Shown here: in pieces, positions 29,169-39,886 of the stretch | How positions within the stretch are numbered: the first letter of the stretch is position 1 | How the letters are laid out: every line of letters begins with the position of its first letter | Assembly (NCBI GenBank): GCA_003649205.1 | Contig: QMRC01000004.1 | Coordinates: forward strand, 60,459-124,458 | DNA length: 64,000 nucleotides | Reading direction: 5' to 3' | From: Thermoprotei archaeon | Lineage (GTDB): Archaea > Thermoproteota > Thermoprotei > Thermoproteales > B15-G16 | The notes under the pieces: generated by a model | Seen by the model: the letters and a program-made list of their open reading frames with translations, nothing else | Told to the model about the DNA's origin: nothing | Databases searched by the model: none | Made by a program: the position numbers and the translations under genes

Positions 29169-29900
29169 ATGGGTATTAGGGTTCTCGTAACTGATGTTGA
29201 TGGTGTTTTAACGGATTCGAAGGGAAGACTTGATTTGAGAGCTATTTCTCTTCTCCGTACTCTCGAGGAGAAAGGTATCTCGGTAATCCTTGCATCTGGT
29301 GCTTCTCTTCCAACTCTTCTCTCTCTACGTAGGTACCTAGGTACTTCAGGTCCTGTAATTGCTGAGAACGGTGGAGTCATCTACATTAACGGTATGGTTG
29401 AGGTATTAGCTAAGAGAGATCCCGTTCTTGAGGCATGGAGTGAATTACGTAATGTACTACGTGACCTAGTTATCGAGAGTGCGACTTCTTTTGCTCGGTT
29501 AACAGATGTTGTGTTTAGACCTAGATCTAAGTCCTTAGTCGATTATGTATTACTTAGGTCGAGGAGTGTCCTCGAGAAGTACCCAGATCTCGAGCTGGTT
29601 TACTCAGGTTTCTCCTTTCACCTCAAACCAAGGTCTACTAGTAAGTACAGGGCGCTTCTCCTCGTGTTGGAGAGACTTGGTCTACACCTAGATGATGTTC
29701 TTGCAGTTGGTGATAGCGAAGTGGATTTAGAAATGCTAAGGTATAGTCCGTACAGTGGTGTGCCTGCTCATGCACCGGAATGCGTTAAGAGCGTTGCTAA
29801 GTACGTATCTCAGCATCCCTACGCTATGGGTTTCATAGATGTGGTGCTTCACTACCTCGGTAAGGAACTAGCTCCTTCTTCACCTACATTCTCACCATAG
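29169..29900 (+). CDS. HAD phosphatase (phosphoglycolate phosphatase/SPP-like)
   Basis: TDVDGVLT, ASG, IAENG, SK, VGDSEVD. Confidence 0.9.
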   Translation: MGIRVLVTDVDGVLTDSKGRLDLRAISLLRTLEEKGISVILASGASLPTLLSLRRYLGTSGPVIAENGGVIYINGMVEVLAKRDPVLEAWSELRNVLRDLVIESATSFARLTDVVFRPRSKSLVDYVLLRSRSVLEKYPDLELVYSGFSFHLKPRSTSKYRALLLVLERLGLHLDDVLAVGDSEVDLEMLRYSPYSGVPAHAPECVKSVAKYVSQHPYAMGFIDVVLHYLGKELAPSSPTFSP

Positions 29901-30358
29901 TACCTCCCTCTATAGAGCTTATGTGGTTTCTCAACTAGCTTAATCAACACTAACTGAGCTACTCTAGCACCTACCTCAATCTCGATACCATTCGGATTCA
30001 GTACCAGTAGCATCGCTTCTCCTCTACCTACGTAACCTGGATCCCAAACAGCTAAGTTGATAGAAGCACCCATACGAAGTAAACTAGACCTCGGAAAGGC
30101 AATACCAACACAGTCCTCAGGGATAGACACAACCTCTCTAAACCTAATCTTGTACACTCCTGGCTCAAGTACGTAGATACCTCCTCTAGGCTCAACCTCC
30201 TCACAATGAGGTAGCTCTACACCACTCCTCCGAATAGCTCCTCTACCACAAAATACAAAGACTCTCTCGAGAGTTAAGTCAATACCAGCAGGCTGTATCT
30301 GCTCCACAGATACTGACTCGATAAACTTAGACACCAAGATCCCAGGTAGAGCACACAT
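29852..30358 (-). CDS. dUTPase / dCTP deaminase family
   Basis: QIQPAGIDL, PRSSLLRMG, WDPGYVG, RVAQL, YRGRY. Confidence 0.9.
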   Translation of the reverse strand: MCALPGILVSKFIESVSVEQIQPAGIDLTLERVFVFCGRGAIRRSGVELPHCEEVEPRGGIYVLEPGVYKIRFREVVSIPEDCVGIAFPRSSLLRMGASINLAVWDPGYVGRGEAMLLVLNPNGIEIEVGARVAQLVLIKLVEKPHKLYRGRYYGENVGEEGASSLPR

Positions 30359-30359
30359 A

Positions 30360-31094
30360 CTAATCCACCTTCTCTACAACCACTATCATTCTCCAACACC
30401 TACAATCTCTAGATAACCTACACGAAGTATCGTAATCACCAAAGCACTCAAATACCTTAAATCCGAGTAACTCCAGTATAGTGAGTAATTCCTGTGGAAA
30501 GAATACCCTAAGCTTTAGAGTACCAACATCAACCCACGAACTACCATACCTAACCCTTAACCTCCAGACCTCAAGTTGATTCACGTAATCGACATCAAGA
30601 AGCTCAAGATCATAGCGATCACATACAGATTCTGGAATTGTGTAGGTATCTAGGAAGTAACCCCTAGGATTCGCTACATCGATAATGTAGAGACCACCAA
30701 CCCTCAACACCCTCCAAACCTCCCTTAAATGGGACACAACATCGTACCTAGAGACTAAGTGTCTAAAGGTATCGAAGAGACAGGTACACACATCAAAAAA
30801 GTCCGCCCTAAACGGCAGACACCTCATATCACCACAAATACCAGAACCAAGAGCCAACCTCCCTCTATTCCTCGCATAGTACAGCATATCCCTACTCAAG
30901 TCAATACCATAAACCTCATACCCACACCTGGCAAGCTTGTGGACATGAGTACAGGTACCACAACCCAAGTCAAGAACTCTACGAACACGAACACCAGCTA
31001 GCTCAAAGACATCAATCAAGAACTCTACCTCCCTATCAACATCAAGACGTGAAAAAGCAACCTCATACAGTTCAGGTCTAAGGTATATACTCAA
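30360..31094 (-). CDS. class I SAM-dependent methyltransferase
   Basis: VLDLGCGT, GIDLSRDML, GDMRCLPF, LRVGGLYIID. Confidence 0.9.
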   Translation of the reverse strand: MSIYLRPELYEVAFSRLDVDREVEFLIDVFELAGVRVRRVLDLGCGTCTHVHKLARCGYEVYGIDLSRDMLYYARNRGRLALGSGICGDMRCLPFRADFFDVCTCLFDTFRHLVSRYDVVSHLREVWRVLRVGGLYIIDVANPRGYFLDTYTIPESVCDRYDLELLDVDYVNQLEVWRLRVRYGSSWVDVGTLKLRVFFPQELLTILELLGFKVFECFGDYDTSCRLSRDCRCWRMIVVVEKVD

Positions 31095-31102
31095 GGAACT
31101 TC

Positions 31103-31156
31103 ACCTCAGCTTAGGTCCAGTTCATCATTTCTCAGAAGGCGGTAGTTCATCACAGA
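31103..31156 (-). ncRNA. box C/D guide sRNA
   Basis: GTGATGA-actaccgcctt-CTGA..ATGATGA-actggacctaag-CTGA (all four boxes canonical). Confidence 0.85.
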
Positions 31157-31227
31157 GAGAAAACCCTAACACATAGAGAAGAAAAGTATTGAGAAAACAT
31201 TAACTTACTCTCTACACAATCTCTAAC

Positions 31228-31842
31228 TCACCTCACTAATCCCCAATCTCTTAATCCACTGTAAATCATCTCAGCAGCAAAAGCAGCTATGACAATAGAG
31301 GTCAACCTACTCACAGCAACAACACCACTTCTACCAAGTAACTTCATGAGTGATCGAGAGAATCTCAGGACTAGGTAGGTCACTAAGGTAGCAAGTACAA
31401 TAGCTATCAACGTAGCAGCAAAACCATACCTATACGGTAGAACAAGTAGGAGAGTTATGGTTCCAGGACCTACCAGTAGTGGTGTGGCTATGGGGACAAC
31501 AGGTACATCCTCACGATACGCAACCTTAGTCCTAGGTAAACCACTGAGAGCATCGATAGCTATAGCCATGAGCAAAACACCACCACCAACCTTGAGAGCA
31601 GCAACCGAAACACCTAGTAGGAGTAACCAGAGTCTACCACCGAGACTTATAGCTAGTGAGAGAATAAAGACAAAGAGCGCTATTGTCCTCGTTACCCTAC
31701 TAAAAACCTCTCGAGAGTAGGAACCAACGTACGTTAGGTATATTGGTACAACAGCTACAGGATCTAGGATAGCAACTAACTGCACAGTACATGAAATCAC
31801 TGCGAAGATCAAGTCCTCAATGGCCATGAGTATAGTATCCAC
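31228..31842 (-). CDS. MarC family membrane protein
   Basis: AILDP..VVPIY, GGVLL, VVPIATPLLVGPGTIT. Confidence 0.92.
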   Translation of the reverse strand: MDTILMAIEDLIFAVISCTVQLVAILDPVAVVPIYLTYVGSYSREVFSRVTRTIALFVFILSLAISLGGRLWLLLLGVSVAALKVGGGVLLMAIAIDALSGLPRTKVAYREDVPVVPIATPLLVGPGTITLLLVLPYRYGFAATLIAIVLATLVTYLVLRFSRSLMKLLGRSGVVAVSRLTSIVIAAFAAEMIYSGLRDWGLVR

Positions 31843-31866
31843 AACCTAGAAAATAAGATTACTTCG

Positions 31867-32859
31867 TTACCTCTTCACATATAGCCAACACTTCACGTAG
31901 TGACTTGGAGCTATTTCAACAACAGGTGGTTCCTCTCTCTTACACCTATCATTTGCGTATGGACATCTTGGATGGAATCTACAGCCAGGTGGTGGGTTAA
32001 TGAGACTAGGTGGTTCTCCAGGTATCACCTTCCTCTCACTAAACCTATTCCTAGGGTCAGGATCCGGTATCGCCTCCATGAGTGCACAGGTATAGGGATG
32101 CTGTGGATTCTTAACGACATCTAGGAATGGCCCTAGCTCGACTATCTTACCAGCGTACATGACGGCTACTCTATGAGCGAAGTACTTTGCTGTTGCCATG
32201 TCGTGAGTTATGTAGAGGAACGCGATGTTCTCCCTCTCTTGAAGCTCTCTAAGAAGCATCAGTATTTCAACCCTAACCGAAGCATCTAGCATTGATACAG
32301 GTTCATCAGCGACAATGAACTCAGGTTCTAGGATCAATGCTCTAGCTATGGCAACTCTCTGTCTCTGACCACCGCTCAACATGTGTGGATACTTACCTAG
32401 GAAGTCTTCAGGTGGTGTCAACTTAACCTTCTCAAGTACCTTACAAACTCTCTCTAATCTCTCCCGCTTATCACCAATACCGTGGACTATGAGTGGCTCC
32501 TCCAGGATGTACCTAATGGGATGAACAGGACTAAGGCTAGAGTACGGATCCTGGAAGATTATCTGAGCTCTACGTCTAAACCACTTAAGCTTCTTCTCAG
32601 GTAGATCCGTAATATCAACACCATCAAAGATTATCCTACCTGACGTGGGTTTAATTAACCTCAGTACTGTCCTACCAAGTGTTGTCTTACCACACCCTGA
32701 CTCACCGACTACAGCTAGAGTCTCACCACAATCAATAGTGAATGAAACACCATCAACAGCCTTAACGTAGTATGTCTTGCTCCTGAATAGACCAACCTTC
32801 ACAGGAAACCAAGTCCTTAAATCCTTAACCTCTAGAAGCGCCATCGCTACAGTCTGCAC
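31867..32859 (-). CDS. oligopeptide/dipeptide ABC transporter ATPase (OppF-like)
   Basis: [36 protein letters not shown]. Confidence 0.95.
   Translation of the reverse strand: MQTVAMALLEVKDLRTWFPVKVGLFRSKTYYVKAVDGVSFTIDCGETLAVVGESGCGKTTLGRTVLRLIKPTSGRIIFDGVDITDLPEKKLKWFRRRAQIIFQDPYSSLSPVHPIRYILEEPLIVHGIGDKRERLERVCKVLEKVKLTPPEDFLGKYPHMLSGGQRQRVAIARALILEPEFIVADEPVSMLDASVRVEILMLLRELQERENIAFLYITHDMATAKYFAHRVAVMYAGKIVELGPFLDVVKNPQHPYTCALMEAIPDPDPRNRFSERKVIPGEPPSLINPPPGCRFHPRCPYANDRCKREEPPVVEIAPSHYVKCWLYVKR
31925..31971 (-). repeat. 47-bp exact repeat shared in inverted orientation with 39613-39659
   Basis: CCAAGATGTCCATACGCAAATGATAGGTGTAAGAGAGAGGAACCACC in the 3' ends of both ABC ATPase genes. 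Confidence 0.85.
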
Positions 32860-33011
32860 AAATCACTAAATAAAGTTTTCCTCACAGAATTGTCTCAGAG
32901 GTACGTGATACTTACCATATGTCAACTCGTCCATGACACAGTGACCTACCCACTATAGACACTAGGTAAAATCGATACTGTATCTTAAGCTAACTTTTAT
33001 ATTTTGGTACT

Positions 33012-35651
33012 ATGTCACATCTCAAGTACAGATACCCATCAGGTGATATTATGAGTAGTAGGTACCTCGCCCTCACGCTAGTCATAGCAATACTCCTCGC
33101 ATCAGTAATCTACCTCACAGTACCCATATCAGCTGAGGAAGTACCCTACGGACCATGGCTAGACGAAGTAGTGTTCATGGAGGAGAGATCAACAGCAAAA
33201 GCTGTTGAGATGCTAGATAAGGGAGACATACAGATGTACTTATGGTACCTAACAGGTGAGAACCTAGAGAAGGCACTTAAGTCACCAAATATCGAGGTAG
33301 TACCATCCTATGCAGGTATGTTCGATCTCTTCGTAAATCCAATCGATACGAGGAACTACACAGGTGAATTCAACCCATTCTGTATTAGAGAGGTGAGAGA
33401 AGCACTCAACTACATAATTGATAGAGAGTACATCGTTAGAGAGATACTGAAGGGTAGAGGAGTACCGATGGTAACAGTATTTAGACCAAACACACCAGAC
33501 TACGTTAGAAATATAGAGTTCATGAAGGCAATGGAATCTAAGTACAAGTACGACTTCGATAAGGGTAAGGCAATAATCTTCGACGCACTTTACAAGGCAG
33601 GTTGCGAGTTTAAGGAAGGTAAGTGGTACTATAAGGGTAAGCCAATCAAGATCAGGATATTCATAAGGATTGAAGACGAGAGGAAGCTCATTGGTGAGTA
33701 CGTAGCATCAGTCCTAGAGAAGCTAGGATTTGAAGTCGAGAGGATCTACGGCCCCGCAATGAAGGCTTGGGAAGTAGTCTACGGTGGAGATCCAAGAAAG
33801 GGTCAATGGCACTTATATACAGAGGGTTGGTCATTCACAGCAATAACAGCCTACGATGATGACCTACCATACTACATGTACTGCTCAGAGTGGACAGGTA
33901 CAGTCTTCGAGTACTACAAGCCATCACCAGTACTAGTAGACTTAGCAACGAAGCTACTAAACGCCAAGTACAAGTCAATGGAGGAGAGAAATGAGTGGGT
34001 AAGGAAGCTAACTGAGCTATGTCTAAAGGACTCAACAAGAGTATGGCTAGCTCTACAGGAAACACCATTCCCATACTCAGCAAAGTTAAGGGCACCAGCA
34101 TATGACCTAATAGGTGGCTTCTACACGATATTCAGCATAAGAACAGCTAAGTACAAGGAGAAGGTCGGTGGTAGCATTAAGGTAGCACAGAGGAGAATGT
34201 TCGTAAGCGCCTTTAACCCAGTAGGTGGAATAAAGTGGATCTATGAGTCCGTAATATGGGTACAGGTAGTGGATCCAGGAGTATACCCACATCCACACAC
34301 AGGTGAGTACATACCAGTTAGAGCAAAGTTCACGGTGGAGACAGCTGGTCCAGAAGGTAAGCTACCAGTACCACCAGACGCACTCAAGTTCGATCCAGCA
34401 ACCAAGAAGTGGGTTAAGGTAGGTCCAGGTGTAAACGCCACAAGCAAGGTAACGTTCGAATACGTCATGGGCAAGTGGCACCACGGACAACCAATAACAA
34501 TTGCTGATGTAATGATGGCTATTGCAGAAGCCTTTAGAATAACCTACGAGAAGGACCCACTCTACGATCCAGCATCAATAACGCCAGCAATGCAGACATT
34601 TGTTAAGACGTTCAAGGGATTAAGGATTCTTGGTCCAAACAAGATAGAGATTTACCTGGACTACTGGCATGTCGATGACACCTATATAGCGTACATGGCT
34701 GATGTATGGCCATCAGTACCATGGGAGGTCTACACATTGATGAACAAGGCTGTTGAGGATAGGAAGCTAGCATTCTCAGATTCAAGAGCAGGGGATTGGG
34801 GTGTTGAGTGGTTAGATCTATGGAAGGGACCAAGCATACCAATACTCAAGGAGTACCTAGACAAGCTAAAGGCAGAGAACTACATACCTGAGGAGATTAA
34901 GGAGTGGGTAAAGCCTGAAGAGGCTAAGGCGAGATGGGAAGCACTTGCTAAGTGGTACGAGAAGTACGGTCACTTCCTAGTAAGTAATGGACCATTCATA
35001 GCGTACAAGGCAGATCCAGCAGCTAAGATGGCAGTACTGAAGGCATTTAGAGAGTACCCATTCAAGGCAGATTACTGGGATTGGTTGCTAAAGCCAAGAG
35101 TACCAGAGGTTAAGGTTGCTAAGATGCCAGATATCGTACCAGGTATGGAGGCGAGGATAGAGCTAACATCGACTTTCGAAGGTAAGCCATACGACAAGGT
35201 GAAGATCAAGGTATCACTAGTAGGTCCAGCAGGTGTAGCAGTGCTTACAAAGGATGCTAAGAGAGTAGGTCCAGGTAAGTTCGAGGTACTACTCACACCA
35301 GAGGATACGGGTAAGTTAACACCAGGCGTTTACACGGTTGAGGTAATTGCTGTTGGTGAGGAAGCAGCGTTACCGAAGATAGTATCGACATCAGCTAAGG
35401 TAATTCCACAGATCATGTACTTCGAGACCAGAGTTAAGGAGCTTGAGACGAGATTAGGCGGTGAAATCGAGGATATCAGAGGATCCATATCAAAGCTAGA
35501 GGACACAATATCTGACCTAAGTGCATCAATATCAGGTATATCAGCACAATTATCAACAGCAATGTCACTAGCAATAGTTGCTATAGTGCTATCAATCATC
35601 GCAATAGCACTAGCCGTAGTACTAGCAAGGAGAAAACCAGCAAGCAAGTAA
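33012..35651 (+). CDS. family 5 ABC substrate-binding protein with C-terminal membrane anchor
   Basis: Signal peptide, FNPF.IREVREALNYIIDR, WHHGQPITIADV, SNGPF, coiled coil and C-terminal TM. Start is probably ATG near 33051. Confidence 0.92.
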   Translation: MSHLKYRYPSGDIMSSRYLALTLVIAILLASVIYLTVPISAEEVPYGPWLDEVVFMEERSTAKAVEMLDKGDIQMYLWYLTGENLEKALKSPNIEVVPSYAGMFDLFVNPIDTRNYTGEFNPFCIREVREALNYIIDREYIVREILKGRGVPMVTVFRPNTPDYVRNIEFMKAMESKYKYDFDKGKAIIFDALYKAGCEFKEGKWYYKGKPIKIRIFIRIEDERKLIGEYVASVLEKLGFEVERIYGPAMKAWEVVYGGDPRKGQWHLYTEGWSFTAITAYDDDLPYYMYCSEWTGTVFEYYKPSPVLVDLATKLLNAKYKSMEERNEWVRKLTELCLKDSTRVWLALQETPFPYSAKLRAPAYDLIGGFYTIFSIRTAKYKEKVGGSIKVAQRRMFVSAFNPVGGIKWIYESVIWVQVVDPGVYPHPHTGEYIPVRAKFTVETAGPEGKLPVPPDALKFDPATKKWVKVGPGVNATSKVTFEYVMGKWHHGQPITIADVMMAIAEAFRITYEKDPLYDPASITPAMQTFVKTFKGLRILGPNKIEIYLDYWHVDDTYIAYMADVWPSVPWEVYTLMNKAVEDRKLAFSDSRAGDWGVEWLDLWKGPSIPILKEYLDKLKAENYIPEEIKEWVKPEEAKARWEALAKWYEKYGHFLVSNGPFIAYKADPAAKMAVLKAFREYPFKADYWDWLLKPRVPEVKVAKMPDIVPGMEARIELTSTFEGKPYDKVKIKVSLVGPAGVAVLTKDAKRVGPGKFEVLLTPEDTGKLTPGVYTVEVIAVGEEAALPKIVSTSAKVIPQIMYFETRVKELETRLGGEIEDIRGSISKLEDTISDLSASISGISAQLSTAMSLAIVAIVLSIIAIALAVVLARRKPASK

Positions 35652-35659
35652 CCTTAATC

Positions 35660-35700
35660 TAGCTCTTTTCCCTAATTTCCTTTTTTCTGTACTTGCTTTC
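35660..35700 (+). terminator. pyrimidine/oligo-T tract after the SBP gene
   Basis: CTCTTTTCCCTAATTTCCTTTTTTCT right after the stop, between convergent genes. Confidence 0.45.
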
Positions 35701-35714
35701 TCCATAAATTCCAT

Positions 35715-36197
35715 CTACTCTACTCTCCATTGTCTTGTCATCAACCACCTAGCTAGTAACCATACTCCAACTATCGTTACTACGTACGACGGTATTGCTA
35801 GTAGTGCATAAGGTTTAGTAACTGTGTACACATCATACCTTACCTCTACAGTGACTACCTTACTCCTTTCACTAATCGCTACAATGTACTCTGGATTCTG
35901 TACATACAACGTGCTTTCCTCTGTAGTTACGTATGTCTTCGGTAACTTCCCTTCCCTCATGTATATAAGGTATTGGACTTCTGTGAGGAAGTACAGAGTA
36001 ACCCCTCTCGGCACCTCTGCTCTAATCTCAACTAATCCAGCTACACTAAATCTCTTAACCGATGTACCAGGTGGTACCTCTACTATGAGTACGCCACTAC
36101 GGGTCTTCTCCATGTACGCTACGTTCGATAGTGTGACTAGTACGAATCCTATTGACATTAAGACTATTGACAGTATGATCAAGGACTTAGATCTCAC
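35715..36197 (-). CDS. hypothetical two-TM membrane protein
   Basis: N- and C-terminal hydrophobic helices around a beta-rich domain. Confidence 0.7.
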   Translation of the reverse strand: MRSKSLIILSIVLMSIGFVLVTLSNVAYMEKTRSGVLIVEVPPGTSVKRFSVAGLVEIRAEVPRGVTLYFLTEVQYLIYMREGKLPKTYVTTEESTLYVQNPEYIVAISERSKVVTVEVRYDVYTVTKPYALLAIPSYVVTIVGVWLLARWLMTRQWRVE

Positions 36198-36275
36198 GAG
36201 CTATTTGTAGAAAAACTAAAATATATAACTACACTTCAGTGTTTCTGACCACATTACATTGATTGAGGTGACTAC

Positions 36276-37346
36276 TTGTTGAGAATCCCTGGGTATGTGA
36301 AGTACCTGGGGAAGAGAGTTCTAGTGCTAGGTCTAACACTCATCATAGCTACCTACATAACCATTGTCATAGCGAACTTCGGTGGGTACATAGATAAGAT
36401 CTTGAAGGAGCAAATTGAGTTCGAAGTGTCTCAGCAATTAGCTAGGAACCCTGCCTTTAGAGCACTACCTGAACCTGTGAAGGAGAAGTATCGGAAGGAG
36501 CTTATTGAGCAGAGGATTAAGGCTATGGGTCTTGATAAGCCATTTATCCAACGATCATTCATATACTTAGTTCAAGCCCTTACGCTTGACTTAGGTAGAG
36601 CTATGCACCTTAGGAGTGCTGCTGGTTCAAGTAAGGTTAGGGACATAATACTTGAGAGGTTACCTTGGTCTGTACTTCTCTTCACACTAGGTACTATTCT
36701 CGAAGCTATCCTCGGCATCTACTTGGGTCTTCACATGGCTAGGAGAGCACTATCCTTCTTCGATAGAGCTATGACCATATTCGCCATCATAACCTACGTG
36801 ATTCCACCATGGTTCTTCGGTATGATCTTCATACTACTGTTCTCATTCTACCTCAGGATATTCCCACCAGGTGGATTAGTTAGTAGACCTCACGAAGATC
36901 CTTGGTCCTTCACAGCTGATCTACTGTACCACCTAGCACTACCACTATTCACATGGGTTTTCGCATTCTTTGGTTACTGGGCATACATAACGAGGAACCT
37001 CGTTGTCGGTATATTCCAGGAAGATTACGTCACTGCAGCTAGAGCTAAGGGATTACCTGAGAACCTCGTCATGAGGAGGTATGTACTTAGACCAGCTGCA
37101 CCTCCAATCGTGACTATGGTTGCTATAGCTCTTGCTAGTTCGTGGACAGGTGCTATCGTTACAGAGACCGTATTCTCGTGGCCTGGTCTAGGTAGTCTGT
37201 ATTGGGAGGCTATTTGGAGTATGGATGCTCCCGTCATAATCGGTTTAACGGTTATGTACGCGTACCTCTTCGTGATCACGATATTCATCCTGGACATCCT
37301 CTACGCATTTCTTGATCCAAGAGTTAGAGTTGGAGGGGTGAGGTAG
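36276..37346 (+). CDS. ABC transporter permease (OppB-like)
   Basis: GLDKP, ILERLP, EDYVTAARAKGL, ETVFSWPGLG. Confidence 0.95.
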   Translation: MLRIPGYVKYLGKRVLVLGLTLIIATYITIVIANFGGYIDKILKEQIEFEVSQQLARNPAFRALPEPVKEKYRKELIEQRIKAMGLDKPFIQRSFIYLVQALTLDLGRAMHLRSAAGSSKVRDIILERLPWSVLLFTLGTILEAILGIYLGLHMARRALSFFDRAMTIFAIITYVIPPWFFGMIFILLFSFYLRIFPPGGLVSRPHEDPWSFTADLLYHLALPLFTWVFAFFGYWAYITRNLVVGIFQEDYVTAARAKGLPENLVMRRYVLRPAAPPIVTMVAIALASSWTGAIVTETVFSWPGLGSLYWEAIWSMDAPVIIGLTVMYAYLFVITIFILDILYAFLDPRVRVGGVR

Positions 37347-37347
37347 T

Positions 37348-38748
37348 GTGAGTGCTCCTCCTACTGGTGTCAAGGCTGTTCTAAAGGAGGTTCTTAGGAC
37401 TAAGAGTGGTGTTGTAGCATTTGCACTGTTGATATTCATAGCGTCGTTAGCAATACTTGTACCCATATGGGCACCTTATGATGTGGTTAAGAAGTGGAAT
37501 GATCAGAGAGCATGGATTGAGAATCCTCGAGTTGCTGCTCCTGAGTGGGTTGAGTTCTTTGTAGGTAAGAAGCTTCCTAAGACTATCAAGCTGTATCCCG
37601 ATGACTTTAAGAAGAGGAGCTTCGTAGTTACGTACAAGAACCTTACGATGAAAAAGATATACCTATCAACTAGCTTCAGGTACAAGTACGATGACTTTCC
37701 CTCAGAGTTTAGGTTCTTCCTCTTTGTGAGATCTAAGGGTAAGGTCGAGGTAACAGTAAGGTTTATTCGACCTGATAGATCGGAAATTGTGATTAGTGGT
37801 CTAACACTTGAGAATGGTACTAAGGTAATTGATTCAACAGATGAGCTAGTACTTGAGAAGACAACTGAGTTCGTTAAATCTATTACCGGTCGTGAACCAG
37901 TTGTTGTAGCACCTGAAGTCTACTTCTTTGCTGTGAAGAGTCCAGATATGTACGATATCTCTAAGGTCAAGGTACTTAAGGGAACATATAGAGTAGATAT
38001 CGAGGTTACTGGATTTAGTGAGGAAGATGATGTAGATGTCAAGCTCATTATCTACGGTAAGGTGTACGGTCTAGCTGGTACAGATGACATGAGGAGAGAC
38101 CTCATGATTGGGATTCTCTGGGGTGCTCCAGTAGCTCTAGCCTTTGGCTTAATAACCGCTATCTGTGTAACACTGCTGCAGACAATATTTGGGATCATCA
38201 GTGGTTTCTATGGTGGTAAAGTTGATGAGATTATCCAGAGGATAACAGATGTTATGATGATAATTCCACTACTACCAATCCTCATACTAATATCGTTCTT
38301 CTACAGACCAGGTATCTTCTCACTAATTCTCGTCTTGATAGCCTTTGGCTTCGTAGGGACAACGACTAAGGTTGTGCGAAGTATGGTGCTTCAGATCAGA
38401 GAGGAACCATGTATTGAAGCTGCAAAGTCGTACGGTGCATCGAATTGGAGAATAATACTTCGACACATATTCCCAAGAGTACTACCCTACACATTCTCCA
38501 TAATATCGATCAGCGTACCAGTCTACATATTCACTGAGGCAGCGCTTAGCTTCCTAGGTCTCGGTGATCCAGTACTACCGACATGGGGTAAGATACTTGG
38601 TGATGCGGAAGCTGCTGGAGCACCAATACATGGATACTGGTGGTGGGTCCTCATACCTGCAGGCTTCATATCCCTAACAGCTGCAGCCTTTGCACTTCTC
38701 GGATACGCATTTGACAAGGTTGTTAACCCAAGATTAAGAGAGATGTGA
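37348..38748 (+). CDS. ABC transporter permease (OppC-like) with large extracellular insert
   Basis: GTDDMRRD, IEAAKSYGAS, EAALSFLGLGDP, WGKIL, NPRLR. Confidence 0.95.
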   Translation: MSAPPTGVKAVLKEVLRTKSGVVAFALLIFIASLAILVPIWAPYDVVKKWNDQRAWIENPRVAAPEWVEFFVGKKLPKTIKLYPDDFKKRSFVVTYKNLTMKKIYLSTSFRYKYDDFPSEFRFFLFVRSKGKVEVTVRFIRPDRSEIVISGLTLENGTKVIDSTDELVLEKTTEFVKSITGREPVVVAPEVYFFAVKSPDMYDISKVKVLKGTYRVDIEVTGFSEEDDVDVKLIIYGKVYGLAGTDDMRRDLMIGILWGAPVALAFGLITAICVTLLQTIFGIISGFYGGKVDEIIQRITDVMMIIPLLPILILISFFYRPGIFSLILVLIAFGFVGTTTKVVRSMVLQIREEPCIEAAKSYGASNWRIILRHIFPRVLPYTFSIISISVPVYIFTEAALSFLGLGDPVLPTWGKILGDAEAAGAPIHGYWWWVLIPAGFISLTAAAFALLGYAFDKVVNPRLREM

Positions 38749-38757
38749 GGGTTCGTT

Positions 38758-39711
38758 ATGGTTCTCCTAAAGGTTACTGATCTAAGGCTATACTACAGAA
38801 CAACTAGAGGAATAGTCAGGGCTGTTGACGGAGTTAGCTTTGATGTGAGAGAAGGTGAAGCACTTGCTTTAGTTGGTGAATCTGGCTGTGGTAAGACATC
38901 CATAGGTATCTCAATAATGAGGTTACTGCCTAGGAACGTACACACCTACGATGGTAGTATAGTATTTGAGGGTATTGAGTTGATGAAGTTAAGTGATGAG
39001 GAGTTGAATAGGAAGATTAGGTGGAGAAAGATATCGATGGTATTTCAAGGAGCAATGAATGCTCTCAACCCGGTGCTACAGGTAGGTTATCAAGTTGCTG
39101 AGCCTCTCATCGTGCATGAGGGGATGAACAAGAAGGAAGCTCTCAAGAAGGCCATGGATACTCTCGAGAGGGTGGGTCTTCCCAGAGAAGTTGCATTTAG
39201 GTATCCTCACGAACTCTCTGGTGGTATGAAGCAGAGAGTTGTCATAGCAATGGCCTTGATAATGAATCCAAAGCTAGTAATACTCGATGAGCCTACATCA
39301 GCACTAGACGTGGTAACGCAAGCCAACATCATGAATCTGCTGAAGAGACTTAAGAGGCAGCACAACCTCTCATACATATTCATAACTCACGATCTTGCAC
39401 TTGCAAGCGAGTTAGCTGATAGGATAGCTGTGATGTATGCAGGTAAGCTAGTTGAGATAGGTACTGCAGAGCAGATATACCTCTCACCAAAACACCCCTA
39501 CACACAGAAGCTCATAGGAGCAGTCCCCACACTAAGAGAGACTAAGAAGCTAGAGTTCATACCAGGTGAAGTACCTAGCTTAATCAACCCACCTCCAGGC
39601 TGTAGATTTCACCCAAGATGTCCATACGCAAATGATAGGTGTAAGAGAGAGGAACCACCGATGGTAGAGGTTGAGCCGGAGCACTATGTCAGGTGCTGGC
39701 TATACGTGTAG
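38758..39711 (+). CDS. oligopeptide/dipeptide ABC transporter ATPase (OppD-like)
   Basis: [30 protein letters not shown]. Confidence 0.95.
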   Translation: MVLLKVTDLRLYYRTTRGIVRAVDGVSFDVREGEALALVGESGCGKTSIGISIMRLLPRNVHTYDGSIVFEGIELMKLSDEELNRKIRWRKISMVFQGAMNALNPVLQVGYQVAEPLIVHEGMNKKEALKKAMDTLERVGLPREVAFRYPHELSGGMKQRVVIAMALIMNPKLVILDEPTSALDVVTQANIMNLLKRLKRQHNLSYIFITHDLALASELADRIAVMYAGKLVEIGTAEQIYLSPKHPYTQKLIGAVPTLRETKKLEFIPGEVPSLINPPPGCRFHPRCPYANDRCKREEPPMVEVEPEHYVRCWLYV

Positions 39712-39763
39712 TCAGCCATCGGCTAATTCTTCATCCATCTGTACACAGCGGTTTCATCACCTA
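39709..39763 (-). ncRNA. box C/D guide sRNA
   Basis: GTGATGA-aaccgctgtgta-CAGA..ATGAAGA-attagccgatgg-CTGA. Confidence 0.75.
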
Positions 39764-39815
39764 GACGTTAGGTGATGGGGTAGAGGACTTAAATCTTAGA
39801 GTCATGGTATTGAGT

Positions 39816-39871
39816 TAGATGATGTACTCAGGCGGCACCGATTGGTGAGGATAAGGTAGAGATGCTGATTC
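39816..39871 (+). ncRNA. box C/D guide sRNA
   Basis: ATGATGT-actcaggcggca-CCGA..GTGAGGA-taaggtagagatg-CTGA. Confidence 0.65.
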
Positions 39872-39886
39872 TCAAGACTTACCAGT

